A stretch of DNA of 64,000 bases. Source: an uncultured Roseburia sp. GTDB lineage: Bacteria; Bacillota; Clostridia; Lachnospirales; Lachnospiraceae. Within the stretch, counting starts at the first letter, position 1. Each line of letters opens with the position of its first letter. The notes under the pieces were generated by a model, which was not told the DNA's origin, did no database searches, and saw only the letters and a program-made list of their open reading frames with translations. A program made the translations under genes and the position numbers. Location: positions 1,296-65,295 of the forward strand of contig CAMUHN010000005.1 in the NCBI GenBank assembly GCA_947088675.1, given 5' to 3'. This document shows, one piece after another, positions 58,085 through 64,000 of the stretch.

Positions 58085-59134
58085 TTGCAAAGAGAGAATA
58101 TAGATTTTGTGATAACCTGGGTGGACGGAAGCGATCCCGTGTGGCAGGCAGAAAAGAAGCGGTTTGTAAAAGAGATGCGTCCGGCCGGGGCGTCCGCTTT
58201 GAAACGCTTTCAGAGCGACGATACGGATGAGCGTTACCGCGACTGGGGCAATTTAAAATACTGGTTTCGAGGCGTGGAAAAGTATGCTCCATGGGTCAGG
58301 AAAATTCATTTTGTCACATGGGGACATTTGCCCGGGTGGCTTCTTACGTCGCATCCAAAGCTTCATATTGTGCGCCATGAAGAATATATCCCGAAAGAGT
58401 ATCTGCCGACCTTTAATTCGCACACCATTGAATGGCATATGCATAGAATCAGCGGACTGTCGGAACAGTTTGTCTATTTTAACGACGATATATTTCTGTT
58501 AAAAGCGGTATCGGAGAAGGATTTTTTTGAAGGGAAGCTGCCATGCGATATGCTGGCATTTCAGCCGGTTGTCGCAAATCCGGACAATCCGGTGATGTCG
58601 CATATTTTTCTGAATAATTCGCTTGTGCTTTCAAAATATTTTACCAAGCGTGATAACGTAAAAAAACAGTTTGGTAATTATTTCAAACCGGGGTATCCGC
58701 CTCTTTACTTTTTCTATAATATACTGGAGCTGGCATTTCCGCTTTTTACAGGATTTTATACGGTGCACGGCCCGTCTCCGTTTTTAAAAACCACATTTGA
58801 ACTGCTCTGGGAGAGGGAGGAGGAGCTTTTGAACGCCACATGCAGCCACCGTTTTCGCAGTGAGGCGGACGTCAATCAATATCTGATCCGGGAATGGCAA
58901 AAGCTGACCCAAAAGTTTAAGGCAAAAAATATTACCAGGCACTTTCGCTATTTTGATGTGCAAAGTGATAATCCAAAGCTGATTGATACGATCCTGCGGC
59001 AGAGGGCGGACATCATCTGTATCAACGACGCAAACAGGCCGATTGATTTTGAACGGGCAAAAGCGCAGATCAACGGGGCGTTCGAAAAGATTTTTCCGGA
59101 ACCGTCCTCATTCGAGAAAGGCAGCGGAATATGA
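58085..59134 (+). CDS. Stealth family hexose-1-phosphate transferase
   Basis: CR1 IDFVITWVDGSD; CR2 APWVRKIH, FNSH.IE, YFNDD; CR4 ICIND. Confidence 0.9.
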   Translation: MQRENIDFVITWVDGSDPVWQAEKKRFVKEMRPAGASALKRFQSDDTDERYRDWGNLKYWFRGVEKYAPWVRKIHFVTWGHLPGWLLTSHPKLHIVRHEEYIPKEYLPTFNSHTIEWHMHRISGLSEQFVYFNDDIFLLKAVSEKDFFEGKLPCDMLAFQPVVANPDNPVMSHIFLNNSLVLSKYFTKRDNVKKQFGNYFKPGYPPLYFFYNILELAFPLFTGFYTVHGPSPFLKTTFELLWEREEELLNATCSHRFRSEADVNQYLIREWQKLTQKFKAKNITRHFRYFDVQSDNPKLIDTILRQRADIICINDANRPIDFERAKAQINGAFEKIFPEPSSFEKGSGI

Positions 59135-60666
59135 GAGAGGCGAGGACAAGAACGGAATATTCTGCGCGCAATACGACGGTTGCCCTGATTTCCCGCTTAA
59201 GCGCGATTGTCATGGGCTATCTGCTGCGCGTTGTGTTTACACGCACGTTAAGTGAAAGCTATGTGGGGGTTAACGGCCTGTTTCTGGATATTATTCAGGT
59301 ACTCTCGCTCTCGGAGATGGGTGTCGGCACAGCAATTACATTTGCGCTCTATAAGCCGATTGCCTGCGGTGATATTGAAAAACAAAAGTCGCTGATGCGG
59401 CTTTTTCGAAAATTTTATTATGGAGTCGCTGCTGTGGTTGCGATTGCAGGCTGCGCGCTGATTCCGTTTCTTAATTTGTTTGTGAAAGATTATGAGAACG
59501 TAGAGCATCTGACACTGATCTACCTGCTGTATCTGGCAAATACGGTATGTTCTTATCTGCTGATCTATAAAAAAACGCTGATGGACGCACATCAGCTTTT
59601 GTATGTCGGCATTTTTTACCAGACGATGTCGTGGGTGATTCAGGATGTGCTGCAGATTTTTGTGCTGGTCGTCAGGCATGATTTTATTCTGTTTCTGGTG
59701 ATTAATATTGCAACGACTGTTTTGTGCAATCTTTGCATTTCTGTTCATGCGAACCGGCTTTACCCATATCTTAAGGAAAAAGATGCCTTACAGCTGCCGC
59801 GAATGGAACAGAAAAAAATATTTTCCGATATCAGGGCCATGATGATGCACAAAGTCGGGACAGTGATTGTCAATAATACCGACAATCTTGTGTTATCCGC
59901 GTTTGTCGGGATCGTTTGCGTAGGCAGCTATTCCAATTATTACCTTCTGATCGGTTCTGTCCGGCAGCTGTTAAATCAGGTTTATCAGGGGATTACGGCC
60001 AGCGTTGGCAATTTGGGCGCCATGCAAAAGAACGGCCATATGAAAGAAGTGTTCGAAGCCGTTTTTTTTATCGGGCAGTGGATGTATGGGGTTGCTGTGA
60101 TCTGCCTTTACGAAGTCATCAATCCGTTTATTGCGATCAGTTTTGGGAAGCAGTATCTTTTTGCAGATGTGATTGTCTTTGTACTCTGCGTAAACTTTTA
60201 TATGAACGGGATGCGCAATGCATCTCTGACATTTCGGGATTCCATGGGGTTGTTCTGGTATGACCGGTATAAGGCGATTGTGGAGGCGCTGCTTAATCTG
60301 ACGGTTTCTCTGCTGCTTGTGCAGTGCCTGGGGACAGTGGGTGTTTTTATCGGTACGCTGCTGAGTATGATGTTAACTTCGTTTTGGGTTGAGCCGTATA
60401 TACTCTACAGGCATGGGTTTGCATGTTCCTGCACCGGTTATTTTGCGCGCTATTTTGTGTATATGGCAGTGACGGGAGCAGTCTGGTATCTGACTGATTT
60501 TCTGTGCCGTCATGTATTGGCTGCGGACAGTATGTGGCAGACCTTTTTTGGACGTCTGCTGATCTGTCTGCTTGTACCTGATGTTTTGTTTTTGCTGGTC
60601 TATGGGAAGTCGAAAGAATTTCGCTTTTTGTCCGGCAGATTAAAGTTATTGTGGAAGAGGAAGTAA
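59131..60666 (+). CDS. Wzx-like polysaccharide flippase
   Basis: LSLSEMGVG.AI.FALYKP, TDNLVLS, about 12-14 TM. Confidence 0.85.
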   Translation: MREARTRTEYSARNTTVALISRLSAIVMGYLLRVVFTRTLSESYVGVNGLFLDIIQVLSLSEMGVGTAITFALYKPIACGDIEKQKSLMRLFRKFYYGVAAVVAIAGCALIPFLNLFVKDYENVEHLTLIYLLYLANTVCSYLLIYKKTLMDAHQLLYVGIFYQTMSWVIQDVLQIFVLVVRHDFILFLVINIATTVLCNLCISVHANRLYPYLKEKDALQLPRMEQKKIFSDIRAMMMHKVGTVIVNNTDNLVLSAFVGIVCVGSYSNYYLLIGSVRQLLNQVYQGITASVGNLGAMQKNGHMKEVFEAVFFIGQWMYGVAVICLYEVINPFIAISFGKQYLFADVIVFVLCVNFYMNGMRNASLTFRDSMGLFWYDRYKAIVEALLNLTVSLLLVQCLGTVGVFIGTLLSMMLTSFWVEPYILYRHGFACSCTGYFARYFVYMAVTGAVWYLTDFLCRHVLAADSMWQTFFGRLLICLLVPDVLFLLVYGKSKEFRFLSGRLKLLWKRK

Positions 60667-60671
60667 GTTTT

Positions 60672-61883
60672 ATGTTGGATCATACGCAAAATGTGCTGCT
60701 TGCGTGGCTGCGCGCTGCGCTGCGGGGGGAAAAGTTTGTCTGGCAGGACGGCGCTGCCGATTTTGAAAAAATTGTGCGGACAGCAAAACAACATGCGGTA
60801 CTCTCGCTGCTCTATGAAGCGGTGGAGGAGTCTGAAAATCTTTCGGCAGACCGGGTGAAGCGGCTTGCAGAGGCTGCTGCTGTTACGGTGCGCTCCAATT
60901 ACAGGCTGCTGCTGCTGACGAAATATATCACCGGATTATTTTGGGAGAGCGGGATCCATGCGGTTGTTTTAAAAGGCGCAGCTACGGCGGCTTTCTATCC
61001 TGTGCCGGAGCTGCGCAAAGCAGGTGACGTGGATCTTTGGATTGCTGACGGGGCAGAGTATGAACAGGCCGTTGAACTGTTAAAGAAAGAGGGGTTTGCT
61101 GTCTGTGAAACGCAGACAGCGCTTCACCATACAGAGCTTTCCAATGCCGAGGGGATTGTGGTGGAACTGCACTGTTCGCTCGCAGAACCGTTTGAGAGCA
61201 AGAAAGCAAATCGTTACCTGTACGAATTTCAAAAAGAGTTTGGCAAACACATGGAGACAGACCTGACCTGGGGAATCCCGGTGATAAGGCCGACAGACGC
61301 GTATCACGCATTTTATCTGGTTTTGCATATGCTCCAGCACTTTCTTCGAGCCGGGTTTGGACTGAAATTTTTGTGCGACTGGGTCGTGTTCTGGAACCGG
61401 AATGTACCGGAGGAAGAAAAAAAGATTTTTTTGCGTCTGATAAAAGAGAGCGGGACAGAAGGGTTTGTTTGCGTTTTGACGGCTGCCTGTGTGCGCGGTC
61501 TTGGACTTCCTGCAAAGCGTGTTCAGTTTTTGCAGAATTGCGCGCATGTATCGCAGGATGAGATCACATTTTTTTTGGAGGAGGTGTTTGCAGCAGGAGA
61601 ATTTGGGCATGACGGACAAAACAGGATGGTCGCGATGCGGGGAACCGGATTTTTTGCTTATGTCAGGGAGTTTCATCATCAGATGCATCTGAATTATCCG
61701 AAAGCGGGACATGCGTTTTTCATCTGGCCCGTTTTGTGGACTGCGACGCTGCTGCGGTTTTTTTATAATAATCGCGCTCTGCGGGGGGTACGGGGGCGTG
61801 ATGTGTTAAAAGAGGCCGGGAAGCGCAGCCGCCTGATTCACAGAATGAATTTGTTTGACGGGAAAGAAAGGAGAGAGAGATGA
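60672..61883 (+). CDS. nucleotidyltransferase family protein (NTP_transf_5-like)
   Basis: VLKG.....YP.PELR..GDVDL, VELH, H...H....G.GL...CDW. Confidence 0.85.
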   Translation: MLDHTQNVLLAWLRAALRGEKFVWQDGAADFEKIVRTAKQHAVLSLLYEAVEESENLSADRVKRLAEAAAVTVRSNYRLLLLTKYITGLFWESGIHAVVLKGAATAAFYPVPELRKAGDVDLWIADGAEYEQAVELLKKEGFAVCETQTALHHTELSNAEGIVVELHCSLAEPFESKKANRYLYEFQKEFGKHMETDLTWGIPVIRPTDAYHAFYLVLHMLQHFLRAGFGLKFLCDWVVFWNRNVPEEEKKIFLRLIKESGTEGFVCVLTAACVRGLGLPAKRVQFLQNCAHVSQDEITFFLEEVFAAGEFGHDGQNRMVAMRGTGFFAYVREFHHQMHLNYPKAGHAFFIWPVLWTATLLRFFYNNRALRGVRGRDVLKEAGKRSRLIHRMNLFDGKERRER

Positions 61884-63535
61884 TACGTTTATTTGAACAG
61901 CACAGAGTGAGGCGTGAGGTGGAACTGGACGGGATATGGAAATTTGAGAAAGATGGAGGCAAAGTATATTCACTGCCTGTTCCGGGGTGTTGGGAGCAGC
62001 ATCCGGATCTTCTGACTTACCGCGGCGCAGGCGTTTATGAAAGGACGGTTTATATCAAGAAGAAGAAAAATATCCGGCTTGAATTTGGCGGAGTAAGCCA
62101 TACGGCGGATGTATTTTTTGACGGAGAGCCGCTTGCGCATCACTATAATGCGTTTACGCCGTTTTCCTGTATTGCATCCAATGTCCTGCCGGGAAAACAT
62201 AATATCCGGGTTAGAGTTGACAATTCATTCGGGGAGCATTCTGCACTTCACACGCCAAATGATTATTATACATATGGCGGAATCATACGTCCTGTGGTGC
62301 TGGAAGAAATCGGCGATGTCTATCTGAAAAATGTGCATTTTCAGCCGAAGTTGAATGATGGGAAATGGTTTGCGAAGATTACGGCATGGGTCGAAAACAT
62401 CGGGGACAGAGAGCGTAATATTGCGATAGAAAAAAGACTGGCGGGCAACAGTAAAAGCCAGAGACTTTCCGTCCTGCCGGGTGAGTGCGCATGCGTTGTC
62501 TTCGAAGCGCAATATGAGGGGATTACTCCGTGGGACCCTGCACAGCCGAATCTTTATGAGTTGGAACTCTTGCTTTATGACGAAAGTGATCGTTTGACAG
62601 ACGATCTGATCGAACGGGTTGGATTCCGGGAAATTCATATTTCGGGCTCCAAATTATGCATAAACGGGAATCCCGTATTTTTAAAAGGTTTTAACCGTCA
62701 CGAAGATTACGGGACTATCGGAAGTGCGATTCCGTTTTCGCTGATGGTTTTGGATATGGATCTGATGCAGGAGGCAGGGGCGAATGCCGTGCGCACCTGT
62801 CATTACCCGAACGACGCAAGGTTTCTGGATTTGTGCGATGAGCGCGGAATTTGTGTCTGGGAGGAGAGTCATGCCAGAGGATTCGGGCTCAAACAGATGC
62901 AGAATCCCAATTTTGAACGGCAGAGCGAAGATTGTATCCGTGAGATGATTGCATGCCATTACAATCATCCGTCTGTTGTGATCTGGGGTATTTTAAATGA
63001 ATGCGCCAGCGAGACGCCTGAGGGTCGGATTATTTATGAAAAGCAGTATGCACAGATTCGCGCGCTTGATGGAACAAGACCGGCGACCTCGGCGACCTGC
63101 CGCCATTTCGCAGATATCTGTCTCGATCTGCCTGACATTGTTTCTGTGAATATGTATTCCGGATGGTATGAGAATGTGACTGTTGCACAGGGGCATAAAA
63201 AGGAGATGGACTGGATTGCGGCGACGCATGGAAAGGGAAAACCTGTGATTATCAGTGAATTCGGTGCAGGCGCCATTTACGGATACCGCGACAGGGGCAG
63301 ATGCAAGTGGAGCGAGGAGCGCCAGGCGGATATTATCCGTGAAAATCTTGAGGTGTATCAAAAAGACGAAAGGCTTACGGGGATATTTATCTGGCAGTTT
63401 GCGGACTGTAAAGTGACGGAGGAGGAATGGTTTGCGGCGCGGGCAAAGTGTCACAATAATAAGGGCATTGTAGATGAATACCGTAGACCGAAAATGGCTT
63501 TCGACGTGGTAAAAGAAATGTTTGCGCGGATGTAA
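61880..63535 (+). CDS. GH2 beta-glucuronidase-like glycoside hydrolase
   Basis: GFNRHED, RTCHYP, LNE (acid/base), SEFG (nucleophile), Y.GWY and NNKG motif. Confidence 0.8.
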   Translation: MIRLFEQHRVRREVELDGIWKFEKDGGKVYSLPVPGCWEQHPDLLTYRGAGVYERTVYIKKKKNIRLEFGGVSHTADVFFDGEPLAHHYNAFTPFSCIASNVLPGKHNIRVRVDNSFGEHSALHTPNDYYTYGGIIRPVVLEEIGDVYLKNVHFQPKLNDGKWFAKITAWVENIGDRERNIAIEKRLAGNSKSQRLSVLPGECACVVFEAQYEGITPWDPAQPNLYELELLLYDESDRLTDDLIERVGFREIHISGSKLCINGNPVFLKGFNRHEDYGTIGSAIPFSLMVLDMDLMQEAGANAVRTCHYPNDARFLDLCDERGICVWEESHARGFGLKQMQNPNFERQSEDCIREMIACHYNHPSVVIWGILNECASETPEGRIIYEKQYAQIRALDGTRPATSATCRHFADICLDLPDIVSVNMYSGWYENVTVAQGHKKEMDWIAATHGKGKPVIISEFGAGAIYGYRDRGRCKWSEERQADIIRENLEVYQKDERLTGIFIWQFADCKVTEEEWFAARAKCHNNKGIVDEYRRPKMAFDVVKEMFARM

Positions 63536-63655
63536 CGGGAAATAATGGAAAAAAAAGTAAATATTTTTTTATATTTTCTTTACTAATGCCGCTGTTTGTG
63601 CTATTTTATTTATAGAAAAGGCAGGTTTTCTTAGTGGCGATAGGGGGTATTTAAA

Positions 63656-64000
63656 ATGAGAGGTTATGAAAAACCGGTAGTAATGGTAAACCATGGTGTG
63701 AGCGAAGGAATTTATGCTGCAAGCGGTACGGCAGGTTCTGCCGACTGCTGGACGGTGGAAGCTTATTCCGTACAGGATTGGAATGGCGATTCGCATGTGT
63801 TTGAAGTGAAATGCGTGCATTCATCCGACGTGGAGCACATTTCTTCTGCGTCAACGGTAAACCTTGTGTTCAGCAATACGCTGACTAAGGCAAGTTCCGA
63901 ATTCCCATGTACATTCAGCGGAAACACGGTGACAATTGAGCGTACTTTACATGCAAATGCGTATAAGTCGGGCGATGTAATGACATATAAAGTATGGGTT
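63656..64000 (+). CDS. protein with RRE-type leader (putative precursor/substrate B), 3'-partial
   Basis: Manual translation: MRGYEKPVVMVNHGVSEGIYAASGTAGSADCWTVEAYSVQDWNG...; open to the window end; AGGGGG RBS; not in the ORF track. Confidence 0.75.
   Translation, partial: MRGYEKPVVMVNHGVSEGIYAASGTAGSADCWTVEAYSVQDWNGDSHVFEVKCVHSSDVEHISSASTVNLVFSNTLTKASSEFPCTFSGNTVTIERTLHANAYKSGDVMTYKVWV

Overview
Gene-dense chromosomal segment of a Firmicute, most likely a gut Lachnospiraceae-type clostridium (spoIIID, bile salt hydrolase, GH2 glucuronidase-like enzyme, MCP). Left part (1-24.6 kb): an ECF transporter operon behind a long structured leader, an ankyrin-repeat protein, a LytTR/membrane-protein pair, two PadR modules, two divergent ECF sigma/anti-sigma pairs, bsh, a YyaL-like protein, ter genes, a metallophosphoesterase-rubrerythrin fusion and a GH5 lipoprotein. 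Middle (24.8-39.7 kb): a serine recombinase, a four-gene Wadjet-like (jetD-A-B-C) anti-plasmid system, hybrid kinase/response regulator/MCP, and spoIIID. Right part (39.8-64 kb), the most interesting: a Gram-positive pel-type exopolysaccharide locus expanded with GacI/J/K/L-like and Stealth genes. It is bracketed by RiPP-like machinery (RRE-kinase fusion, S26 peptidase, stand-alone PqqD/RRE, NTP_transf_5-like nucleotidyltransferase) and by two small proteins that share a 24-aa leader (MxxYE[R/K]PxV...EGIYxASG) but have unrelated bodies. The second of these is absent from the ORF track because it runs off the window end. No rRNA, tRNA, CRISPR array or transposase was recognised. All family calls come from motif recognition, not database searches.
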